Assembly (NCBI GenBank): GCA_963755125.1 | Contig: CAVWIP010000017.1 | Location: 320,001 to 384,000, forward strand | From: an uncultured delta proteobacterium | Lineage (GTDB): Bacteria; Myxococcota_A; Polyangia; Fen-1088 | Length of the DNA: 64,000 nt | Reading direction: 5' to 3' | Shown: piece by piece, positions 47,787 to 56,367 of the stretch | Layout of the letters: every line of letters begins with the position of its first letter | Position numbering within the stretch: the stretch's first letter is position 1 | The notes under the pieces: model-generated | What the model saw: only the letters and a program-made list of their open reading frames with translations | What the model was told of the DNA's origin: nothing | Databases searched by the model: none | Translations under genes and position numbers: made by a program

Positions 47787-48958
47787 GCCGGCCCCCCACG
47801 GTCGAGCGGCAGGGTGACCCGGAAGCTGGTGCCTTTGCCCACGCCCGGGCTTTCGGCCGTGACGGTGCCTCCCAGGTGGCGCACAAGCTCGCGCACCAGG
47901 TAGAGCCCGAGGCCAGTGCCTTCAGTCTGGCGCACCATCTCTTCGCCCACGCGATAGAATTTCTGGAAGATCTTCTCGCGCTCTTCTGCCGCCAGGCCGA
48001 TGCCCTGGTCACGAATTTCGATGGCGGCCCAGTCGCCCTGTCGCGCGACGATCAACTGTACCGGCTGGTCAGCGCCGCCGTACTTTGCGGCGTTGTCCAG
48101 CAGGTTGCGCAGCACAGTCTTGAGCACGCCTAGGTCATAGCGCGCGTGCAAGGGCTCGGCAGGCAAAGCGACTTCGAGGTTGAGACGGCGTTGCGACGGA
48201 TCCCTAGCAAGCGCTGCCACCACATCCGCCACGTCGCGGCTCACATCGCCGCGATCCACGTGCACCACGAATCGGCCACTGTCAAGTCGGGCCACCGCGA
48301 GGATGTTGTTGACCAGGCCATCCAAACGATCGACGTCACTGCGCATGTTGGCGAGGAAGCGGGCGCGCTTGTCCGGCGGCGGATCGCGCAGTTCCAGGGT
48401 TTCGATGAAGAGGCGGATGGAGGCCAGCGGGGACTTCAGTTCGTGTGTCACCGCGGATAGGAAGTTGGCCTGCTGGCGCATCAGCGCCATCTCACGCCGC
48501 ACGGAACGCAGGATGAGCACCGTTCCCGCCACCAGAATGCAGAGGAAGGTGGTGCCCTCGGCCGCGAACATGCGGATGCTGGACCGTCGCTGAGCTTGCA
48601 GACGATCGAGTCGACCCGGTCGAATTGTGACCCCGTAGCCAGGGTAGCCAGGCACCAGTTCCTGGCCGGGGCGCACGCCGGGCTGCCAGTCGAGATGGGG
48701 ATAGGCGAGCTGGAGAAATTCGGCCGGTCCCAGCGCGTGAGGTCGCGCCAAGCCCAGCAGCGCCCGTTCTGCGGACTGGCGATCGGCCTGCAGGTGCTCG
48801 GCCGTGGCGCGAATCTCCTGGGCGGAGTAGCGTAGATGGAACAGGACCCACCACGCGAGCAACGCCATGGTGAACGCCACGATGGCGAGCACGCCCACCA
48901 CGAGCAGGCGGGATCGGGACTGCATCAACCCCGTGCACCGGAGAGAGGGCAACGTCAT
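47783..48958 (-). CDS. Membrane sensor histidine kinase
   Basis: Two TMs, AVTHELKSPL, NLLDNAAKY, DQGIG, GTGLGL. Confidence 0.94.
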   Translation of the reverse strand: MTLPSLRCTGLMQSRSRLLVVGVLAIVAFTMALLAWWVLFHLRYSAQEIRATAEHLQADRQSAERALLGLARPHALGPAEFLQLAYPHLDWQPGVRPGQELVPGYPGYGVTIRPGRLDRLQAQRRSSIRMFAAEGTTFLCILVAGTVLILRSVRREMALMRQQANFLSAVTHELKSPLASIRLFIETLELRDPPPDKRARFLANMRSDVDRLDGLVNNILAVARLDSGRFVVHVDRGDVSRDVADVVAALARDPSQRRLNLEVALPAEPLHARYDLGVLKTVLRNLLDNAAKYGGADQPVQLIVARQGDWAAIEIRDQGIGLAAEEREKIFQKFYRVGEEMVRQTEGTGLGLYLVRELVRHLGGTVTAESPGVGKGTSFRVTLPLDRGGPA

Positions 48959-48970
48959 GATGGGGCAATA

Positions 48971-50257
48971 CTACTGCCCGCGGCGGTCGTCACGCACGCC
49001 TTGCAGGAACGCCTCTACCGCCTCCATGCCGTGGTCCTGTGCCAGACGCTTGAGACCGACGGTGGGCAGGTGCAGAAGCTGGTTCACCATCTGCTGCCCA
49101 AAGCGTCGGATGTGGTCGCGATGGGCTTCGTCCAGCTGGGCGAGGCCGTTGCTGAAGAGCTGCCTGAGCAGTTCGTCGGCCGCGGCCTGGCCCTGGCCAC
49201 GCAAGTCGCGCACGATGGGACTGAGGTCGCGCTCGACCACCCGCCGGCGCAGCGCCTCCAGGGCTTCGTCGATGACGACACGAGCCTCAGCGATTTCGGC
49301 CTCGCGTGCCCGCCGGTTGCGCTCGGCCTCGCCTTTCAGGTGGTCGATGTCAAAAAGCTGGGCTCCGGCGGCAGCAGCGGCTTCGCCGTCGGTGTCGCGT
49401 GGCACGGCCAGGTCGATCACCAGGGGCGGCGCGTCCAGCAGGGACGCAAAGAAGGCGCGTCCCAGCAAAGGCTCGCGCGCTGACGTGGCCGTCACGATGA
49501 TATCCACATGCCCGGGCGCTGCCAGAAAAGCCTCCAGAGCCAAGGCTCGGCCACCACAGGCGGTCGCCAGATCGGCGACCTTGCTCACGGTTCGATTCAC
49601 GAACAAGAGGTTGCAGCCCGGCCGGCCGCGCAGATGCTCGCCACACTGGCGGGTCATCTCTCCGGCGCCGATGAGCGCCACCGTGGCGGGCAGTTTGGTC
49701 CGCGCGTCGATGAGGTCGAAAGCCAGCGACACCATGGATACCGGCCGAGCCCCGAGCGCGGTCTTGCTGCGCACGCGCTTGGCTGCCTGGAAAGCCTCCT
49801 CGAACACGAGTTGCAGGTGCGGGCCGGCCAGCCCCAGGCGTTGCGCCGCGTGCAGCGCCTCCTTGACCTGACCGAGAATCTGCGCGTCGCCGGGGTTGAG
49901 CGAGTCGAGACCCGCGGCCACACAGAACAGGTGCTCGGCCGCTCCGTCCTTCTCGTAGGCGTGCAGGGATTGGGCCGCAGCGCGTGTGATTGGTCCGGCA
50001 GTACTTCCGGTCCGGCCACGGGTGGCGAAGAATTCGTGGATCCGCCTGCGATACTCGGAAACCGGCGTACCCCGCCGGCACAGGAAGATCACCTCGACTC
50101 GATTGCAGGTGGCCAGATACACGCTCTCCAAGAAGTCACACGCCTGGTGAAGTGCCTTGGTCTGGGCCTCGCTCTCGTCGGGACCGAAAGTGTATTTCGC
50201 CAGTCCTTCCTGCTGGCCTCGGCGCACGGTCAGACCGACCATGCCGAGATACCTCAC
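48971..50257 (-). CDS. hemA: Glutamyl-tRNA reductase
   Basis: TCNRVE, HLF.VAAGLDS...QILGQVK, IGAGEM, NRT, IDLAVPRD. Confidence 0.92.
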   Translation of the reverse strand: MRYLGMVGLTVRRGQQEGLAKYTFGPDESEAQTKALHQACDFLESVYLATCNRVEVIFLCRRGTPVSEYRRRIHEFFATRGRTGSTAGPITRAAAQSLHAYEKDGAAEHLFCVAAGLDSLNPGDAQILGQVKEALHAAQRLGLAGPHLQLVFEEAFQAAKRVRSKTALGARPVSMVSLAFDLIDARTKLPATVALIGAGEMTRQCGEHLRGRPGCNLLFVNRTVSKVADLATACGGRALALEAFLAAPGHVDIIVTATSAREPLLGRAFFASLLDAPPLVIDLAVPRDTDGEAAAAAGAQLFDIDHLKGEAERNRRAREAEIAEARVVIDEALEALRRRVVERDLSPIVRDLRGQGQAAADELLRQLFSNGLAQLDEAHRDHIRRFGQQMVNQLLHLPTVGLKRLAQDHGMEAVEAFLQGVRDDRRGQ

Positions 50258-51765
50258 GGCTTGGCCTCCGTGGGCGCAGGTGCCGGAGCTGCGGGTGGCG
50301 GCAGGGCAAGCTGGCCGAGGTCAGGCTCCTTGGGATTCCCGTCCACCAGAATGGCGTGGCAGGCGTCGCAATCATTGGGGATCACCTGATCGCCCTTGGA
50401 TGCTTTCATGTTGCCGTCATGGCAGCGGAAGCAGCCGGGCGAGTCGTCATGGCCAATGTTGGTTGGGTGGGTCTTGGAGTTGGTGTTCATCTCCGGGAAC
50501 ACCGTGCGATCGTACACTCCGGCTGCCTCGTCCGCCGCGCGCGAAACCAGCTTGCCCTCGCGCCCCGAAAATTCGGGGTACGATTTGCCATAGAAGTCCA
50601 TCAGGCTCCGGCGGACTGCGGCCATGCCGTCATCGTGGGTGGCGTAGGTCGCTGAAACCGCCTTGACCGCCTCCCGCTTGAAGAACGGCAGGGATCGCAG
50701 GTCCGCTTGCCTCTGTAGGACGCTATCAATGGCTTTGGCCGGGCTCTCGAACAGATGGGTGGGCCGATTGTGGCAGTCGATGCAGTCCATGACCCGTGCT
50801 GCTCTTTGGATGTCGTCCGCGGCCGGCAGTTTCGCGCCCTCGCGTGTGAACTCGGTCCGCTTGCCGTCGGGTGTGGTCAGTTCGACCCAGGCGATCTCTT
50901 GCCGGCGCTGGTCGGTGGCCAGGTAGCGAATGCGGTTGTCAGCGTAGATGTGCCACCAGTGGATTCCGCCGTGAGGCTGGCCGGCACCAACCGCGCCGCC
51001 GCCGGTCCTGAGCAAGAGCGCCGTGAAACTCGGGCTGTTCTTTTCGTCCTCGGCGAAACGGCCGATGACCCGCAGCTTGTCGCCGTAGTGCTTGGCCGGC
51101 CAGTGGCAGCTTTCGCAAGTGTCGCGTGCCGGCCGCAGCGTGTGCACGGGCGAGGGAATCGGGTGGGCATAGGTCCCGGTCATCACCTTCCAGACCTGGC
51201 GCAGACCATCGAATTTGGAACGGACCGCCCAGGAGGCGCCCGGTCCGATGTGGCACTGAACGCACTTGACGCGCGAGTGGGGCGAGTTCTGGTAGGCCGT
51301 GTATTCCGGCCGCATGACCTTGTGGCACACGGTCCCGCAGAACTTGGGCGTGTCCATGAAGTTCAGCCCCACCACCGAGCTGGTCGCCAGCACGACAACG
51401 TTGATCACGGTTAGCCCGGCAATGATCAGTGCCACACGGCGTAGATGTGGATCATTGAAATCGAGGTTTGGGTAGGTCGCGATGGTGTCGGCCGACTGAC
51501 CACTGCGCATCAGCGCCCGTCGCCGCCGCAAGATCCCCAATGGCATGAGCAGGAGCCCGCCCACGAAAACCACAGGCAAAAAGGCCGAACCGAACACCCC
51601 GGTGTACGGGTTGTCGACCTGGCCCGCCACCTCGAGCGCGAGAAAGATGACCAGGGTAAGACCTGACAGCGTGGTCAGCCCGAAACCGAGGACGGTGAGC
51701 GGATTTCGCGCGTAGTTGGCGAGCCGGGCGATGGTGGGAGAAAGTGACTTGGGCAGTACCGGCAT
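50254..51765 (-). CDS. Inner-membrane multiheme cytochrome c, NapC/NirT domain, ImcH-like
   Basis: Three N-terminal TMs; heme motifs CGTVCH, CVQCH, CESCH, CIDCH, CFRCH, CDACH. Confidence 0.88.
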   Translation of the reverse strand: MPVLPKSLSPTIARLANYARNPLTVLGFGLTTLSGLTLVIFLALEVAGQVDNPYTGVFGSAFLPVVFVGGLLLMPLGILRRRRALMRSGQSADTIATYPNLDFNDPHLRRVALIIAGLTVINVVVLATSSVVGLNFMDTPKFCGTVCHKVMRPEYTAYQNSPHSRVKCVQCHIGPGASWAVRSKFDGLRQVWKVMTGTYAHPIPSPVHTLRPARDTCESCHWPAKHYGDKLRVIGRFAEDEKNSPSFTALLLRTGGGAVGAGQPHGGIHWWHIYADNRIRYLATDQRRQEIAWVELTTPDGKRTEFTREGAKLPAADDIQRAARVMDCIDCHNRPTHLFESPAKAIDSVLQRQADLRSLPFFKREAVKAVSATYATHDDGMAAVRRSLMDFYGKSYPEFSGREGKLVSRAADEAAGVYDRTVFPEMNTNSKTHPTNIGHDDSPGCFRCHDGNMKASKGDQVIPNDCDACHAILVDGNPKEPDLGQLALPPPAAPAPAPTEAKP

Positions 51766-52102
51766 GGCGTCTTCGTATATCCCCGATGGACCGTGTCGAC
51801 GTAGCTCTTTGAAATGAGCCTGCGATGCCTATTGCAAGGCAGCACTTGAGCAAACCACGATTCCCCAAGTTTGTAACGTTGCGAAGAGCAAAATCCACGT
51901 AAATCGGTAGAGGTGCTGGGCTTGTCTATAGCATCATCGCGTCGAAAAATTGGATGACTGGATAACCGGAGCCGTGTCGGCGGTACCGGCGCCGGCGATC
52001 GTGCGGGAGCGCGAAAACCTTGAAGGCAACCCCAGCGCGAGGGGTTACGGCTCCCAGCCGTTCGGCAGGCACCAGATAGGCGGCGGCTACGGCAGGTTTT
52101 CG

Positions 52103-53380
52103 CTACTGGCAGGTCGTGCCCCCGCCAAAGCCTGCTGTGCAACGAAGACCAGCGTTACAAATCTGAAGCGGACAGCACGGATCGCCCGAGGCTCCGCAGG
52201 ACTGGCATGTGTAGGTCGCCCCGGCGCCGCCCCCGCCGCCGCTCTGCTGGCAGATCAGATTCATGGCGGAACATGTGCGGGCCGTGGCTGCCCCCGTTCC
52301 GCAGCAAGGTTCGTCAAGGCCGCCACAGGTCTGGCAAGTTTCTCCGCCGGCGCTTGCTGCACATCCCAGGCCACCCGCTGTACAGACCGGGTTGAGACCC
52401 TGGCCGTTATCGCAACACGGATCGCCGAGCGCACCGCACGCGACGCCGTTGAACACACAAGCGCCGGCGGAACAGGTGCCGCCTCCAAGACCGGCTGGGC
52501 ATGCGGCATTTGCGCCAATACAGGTGTTGGTCCTGGTGTTGCAGCATCCACCGTCTGAGCAAGAGTTGTCCATGCAGCAGGCGCCTCCAGCCTGACCGCA
52601 GGCAGTGCAGGTTGTTTGTCCTGCGCCGGTCATCGTGCACCTGGTCTGGGGGTCGTTGCATACAGTTCCGTCGCAGCAGGGCAGGCTGAGCTGGCCGCAA
52701 GTGACGGGGCTATCGACGCCGACATCTGGAGACGTGTCCGGGCGAACATCCGGGGGCGGTGGTGGAGCCTCCATGCCGCCATCCTGGATCGTCGTGGTTC
52801 CGCCGCTTGCGGCCGTTGTGCTACCAGTTGCTGCCGTGTTTCCGCCGGTTGCGGCTGTGGTTCCACCGGTTGCCGCTGTGTTTCCGCCGGTTGCGGCGGT
52901 CGTTCCACCAGTTGCAGCCGTGTTTCCGCCTGTCGCGGCTGTGTTTCCGCCGGTTGCGGCTGTGGTTCCACCAGTTGCAGCCGTGTTTCCGCCTGTCGCG
53001 GCCGTGTTTCCGCCGGTTGCGGCCGTGGTCCCGCCTGTCGCGGCGGTCGTTCCACCAGTTGCAGCCGTGGTCCCACCGATCGCGGGTGTCGTCCCGCCGG
53101 TCGCAGTCGTGACTCCTCCGGCCGCTGCGGTGGTTCCACCTGCCACAGTCCTCGTCCCGCCTGTTGCGGCGGTAGCTCCACCGGTCGTGCCCGTGTTTCC
53201 ACCGATCGCGGTGCGGGGTCCATCGGTCACAGAGCCAGGAGCATCTCGGCCCGCGTCGCCGCTGTAGAGCGTTCCGCTCGCATCGATCTTGCACCCCAGA
53301 ACGCCGATCGCCAGCCAGGCAGCACATCCCGCCGAACTCCGTCGTGTGAGAGAAAGCGAAGCGAGCTGATGCACTGACAT
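52103..53380 (-). CDS. Lipoprotein with Thr/Gly/Ala heptad stalk and five CGxxxxxCC Cys-rich repeats
   Basis: GGAGG RBS, lipobox VLGC, TGG(T/N)TAA repeats, CGQLSLPCC, CGQAGGACC, CGALGDPCC, CGGLDEPCC, CGASGDPCC. Confidence 0.8.
   Translation of the reverse strand: MSVHQLASLSLTRRSSAGCAAWLAIGVLGCKIDASGTLYSGDAGRDAPGSVTDGPRTAIGGNTGTTGGATAATGGTRTVAGGTTAAAGGVTTATGGTTPAIGGTTAATGGTTAATGGTTAATGGNTAATGGNTAATGGTTAATGGNTAATGGNTAATGGTTAATGGNTAATGGTTAATGGNTAATGSTTAASGGTTTIQDGGMEAPPPPPDVRPDTSPDVGVDSPVTCGQLSLPCCDGTVCNDPQTRCTMTGAGQTTCTACGQAGGACCMDNSCSDGGCCNTRTNTCIGANAACPAGLGGGTCSAGACVFNGVACGALGDPCCDNGQGLNPVCTAGGLGCAASAGGETCQTCGGLDEPCCGTGAATARTCSAMNLICQQSGGGGGAGATYTCQSCGASGDPCCPLQICNAGLRCTAGFGGGTTCQ
52787..53206 (-). 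repeat. Coding 21-bp tandem repeat, about 20 units
   Basis: Encodes TGG(T/N)TAA heptads with degenerate flanking units. Confidence 0.9.
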
Positions 53381-53583
53381 TGGTTGGCCTCCGATGGTTT
53401 TGCTGGTCGTCGATTCTTCGCTGAAGCCCCCCATAGAAATTAGTGTCGTCGAGAGCGCACTGGCTTCAACCATTCTGCCTTGCATGCGCAGGCACATAGT
53501 GGGCTCTTGTCTCACACGGGGATGAATCTGCCGGCGTCCCGACTCGCACCTTCTTCCTATGTTCGTCAGGTTTGCACGGCGGA

Positions 53584-53721
53584 CTAAGCGACGACCTCTC
53601 TGCGTCGCCACAGGTAGTAGATCGCCGGGTAGACCAGCAGTTCCATGGCAAAGGAGGTAGACAAACCGCCCACCATGGGAGCGGCGATGCGCTTCATGAG
53701 GTCCTCGGCGACCAGCTTCAT
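53584..53721 (-). pseudogene. cusA: C-terminal remnant of a CusA/CzcA-type heavy-metal RND permease
   Basis: DLMKRIAAPMVGGLSTSFAMELLVYPAIY matches the last TM of CusA; only about 40 codons remain. Confidence 0.82.
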
Positions 53722-53740
53722 CCCACAGTCGCGCGCTTGT

Positions 53741-54463
53741 TCATTGCCGATCCATGAGGTCCAGGCGGATCTCGCGCTCGGCGATAGCCAGCCGCTGCGC
53801 GGTTGCGACCGATTGCAGGAAGGCGCCGCGATCACCGTAGTAGCTTGCCAGCGCCTCCAGCACCGAGGCGAATGCGGCGCGGCCCACCTGGTATTGGGCC
53901 AGCGTGCTCTCCACCGTGGCCTCGGCTTGCACCAGCAGCCCCGAGCGATACAGACGGTTGCTTTCGATCGCCGCGGCCAGCGCCGCCGCTCGTTCGGCCA
54001 CACGCTGGCGCAACTGCTGACGCACGACTTCGCTGCCGCTGCGTGCACCGCGGCCGCGCGCCTCGCTCTCCGCGATGCCACGGGTTTGTTTGCGGCCGCT
54101 CCACAAAGGAATTCCGAACGAGACACCAGCCTGCCACATGGAATCGAACTGTCCCCAGCGGGGCATGACCGCTGCGTTCACCGTGATATCTGGCCAACGC
54201 TCTTTGCGTGCCAGTTCGACGTTTCGTTCCGCCCAGACGGCCGCAAGCTGCGCTTGCTTTAGCTCGGGGCTGTCAGCCTCGGCGTCAGCCTGCGCGCGTC
54301 GTAGGTCGGGCAGCTCGGGGTCGGGCAGATCGTCCAGGCTGCGCGCAGTCACCAGCGGTGCATCGAGATCGCGCCCGGTCAGTCGATTGAGCGCAATGAG
54401 CGCCCGTCGCTGCTCAGCCGTCAGGCTGGCGTGCTGCTGGCGCAAGCGGCTTCCTTCGAGCTG
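53741..54463 (-). pseudogene. 5'-truncated TolC/CusC-family outer membrane efflux protein
   Basis: SPEL...LARKERWPD...GVSFGIPLW...YQVGRAAFASVLEA; no signal peptide or N-terminal half. Confidence 0.78.
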
Positions 54464-54647
54464 TGACGATCAGCCTCACAGGCTGGCCAGCCTTCACCTT
54501 GACCTGGGCCGGGATAAAGCCTTCGCCAGTAACTGAGATCTCGATCACCTGGGCGGCGCTCTTGGCAGGTGTGGCCTTGGCCAGCGTGGCGGAGGCAGAG
54601 AATGTGATGACCAAGGCGCCAATGACGGAAAACAGAGTGCTCTTCAT
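54462..54647 (-). pseudogene. 3'-truncated exported cupredoxin-like protein
   Basis: AGGAG RBS, signal peptide, IEISVTGEGFIPAQVKVKAGQPVRLIVT, then similarity breaks and no Cys/Met ligands follow. Confidence 0.75.
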
Positions 54648-54677
54648 CGCGGGTGCTCCTTCTTGAGATTCACAGTG

Positions 54678-54694
54678 AGCAACTGCCGTGCCGA
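54678..54694 (-). promoter_or_regulatory. Sigma54 (-24/-12) promoter of the decayed copper operon
   Basis: Minus strand TCGGCACGGCAGTTGCT = GG-N10-GC, 30 bp upstream of ATG, next to an NtrC-type activator. Confidence 0.8.
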
Positions 54695-54897
54695 CGCCAG
54701 GCGCGGCGCCGATCCGCATGTTTCCAATGAGATAGCGGGGAAGCCGAGCCGCACTAACCGACCGCGAGGATTGTAGCGTAACGAGGGAAGTTACGATCAG
54801 TCGACGCCTCGACTCTGCTCGGGCAACTCCCGACGGGGGAAAGTGCATTCAGCGGCCCTGGTGTGAATTGACCGTTTCGGCTACACTGTAACCGCGA

Positions 54898-56367
54898 ATG
54901 TCACCGTCGGTTCTCAACCTTCTTGGCGCCCGTTCCGGAACCGCACGCCGGTTGGCGCTGGCGTTTGCGGCACTCGTCGCCCTGTTCGCCGTTGCCACGG
55001 CGATCGCGTTGCTCGGCTTCGCTCAGGTCAACCGCGGCCTGGCCCGGACGCGCGCACGCGTGGATAGCATGCGTTTGGCGTTGGACTTGGCCAGTGCCGT
55101 GCGCGACCAGTACGCGCACCAAGCCCACACCATCATCATCGGCAACGACAGCCATCTCGGTTTTTACGCCGAAGCCAAGGCTCGGGTTCTCACCCTGATC
55201 GAGGATTTGCGCCAGCGCGCGCAACGCCCCGACGAACGCGCTTGGGTCGACGACATCGAGGCAAGCGCTGCTGAACTGGACAGCGTCTTCAGCCGCCAGA
55301 TCGTGCCGGCTGTTCTGTCCGGCCGGATCGCGGACGCGCACGTCGAGCACGCGCGCGCCCTGGCCGCGGTCAGTCGCATTCAGGAGCGGACCGATCTCCT
55401 CGCCAAGCGCTTCGAAGATGCCATTGGGGAGCTGCAGTCATTCGCGCAGGCGACGCGCGACCGGACCGTGGCCTGGAGCGTGTTCTTCCTGGTGCTGGCG
55501 CCCCTTCTCGCCGGCGGTGTGGCCGTCTATTTGGGCCGCAAGGTGGCGCGGCCGGTGGCGCTTCTGCACACGGGCGCAGAACGGCTGGCAGCCGGTGATC
55601 TCGAAACGCGCATTGCGATTGGCGGCGACGACGAGTTCGGCGATCTGGCGCGCCAGTTCAACACCATGGTCGCGTCGATCAAAGAACAGCAGCACCGCCT
55701 TTTGCAGGCCGAACGCCTGGCCGGCGTGGGTCGCCTGGCCGCCGGTGTGGCGCACGAGATCAACAACCCGCTGGGCGTGATCCTGGGGTACACACGCTTG
55801 CTGCGCAAGAAGGCAGCCGGGCCGCTTGCCGACGATCTGTCAATAGTCGAGGAAGAGGTTCTGCGCTGTCAGGAGATCGTGGAAGGACTCCTCGATTTCT
55901 CCCGGCCCATCGAGGTCGGTACGCAGCCTGTCGACCTGCGTGCTCTGTGCGACGATGTGGTGGCACGGCTTGCGGAATCTCAGTCCGCGCCGGGCGTGGA
56001 GGTGACGGTCACAGGGCAGGGCGGCGTCGCGGGCACAGCGTCCAAGTTGCGTCAGGTGCTGTTCAACCTCATCAAGAACGCTGTCGAGGCGGCCGCGCCT
56101 TCGGGACGAGTAGACATCGTCGTGGCGGAGAGCAACGAGGATTCGCAGGTGACGGTTCGTGATTCAGGTTCCGGCCTCGACACCGAGGCGCGCGACCGCC
56201 TGTTTGAACCCTTCTTCACCAACAAGCCGCGCGGGACAGGCCTCGGCCTGGCGGTATCGCAAGCCATCGCAAGCGCCCACGGCGGCGAAATTGTCGCTGA
56301 GCCGGCTGGACCGGGCGGCGCCTGCCTTACGTTGCGCCTGCCGCGCCCCAAAGGAGGAACGACATGA
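54898..56367 (+). CDS. HAMP-domain sensor histidine kinase (NtrB-like)
   Basis: Two TMs, His-containing periplasmic domain (DQYAHQAHTII), HAMP, GVAHEINNPL, FEPFFTNK.RGTGLGL. Confidence 0.94.
   Translation: MSPSVLNLLGARSGTARRLALAFAALVALFAVATAIALLGFAQVNRGLARTRARVDSMRLALDLASAVRDQYAHQAHTIIIGNDSHLGFYAEAKARVLTLIEDLRQRAQRPDERAWVDDIEASAAELDSVFSRQIVPAVLSGRIADAHVEHARALAAVSRIQERTDLLAKRFEDAIGELQSFAQATRDRTVAWSVFFLVLAPLLAGGVAVYLGRKVARPVALLHTGAERLAAGDLETRIAIGGDDEFGDLARQFNTMVASIKEQQHRLLQAERLAGVGRLAAGVAHEINNPLGVILGYTRLLRKKAAGPLADDLSIVEEEVLRCQEIVEGLLDFSRPIEVGTQPVDLRALCDDVVARLAESQSAPGVEVTVTGQGGVAGTASKLRQVLFNLIKNAVEAAAPSGRVDIVVAESNEDSQVTVRDSGSGLDTEARDRLFEPFFTNKPRGTGLGLAVSQAIASAHGGEIVAEPAGPGGACLTLRLPRPKGGTT

Noticed and set aside
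52787..53206. Possible CRISPR array
   Set aside because: Contiguous 21-bp units with no unique spacers, in frame within a CDS, and no cas genes
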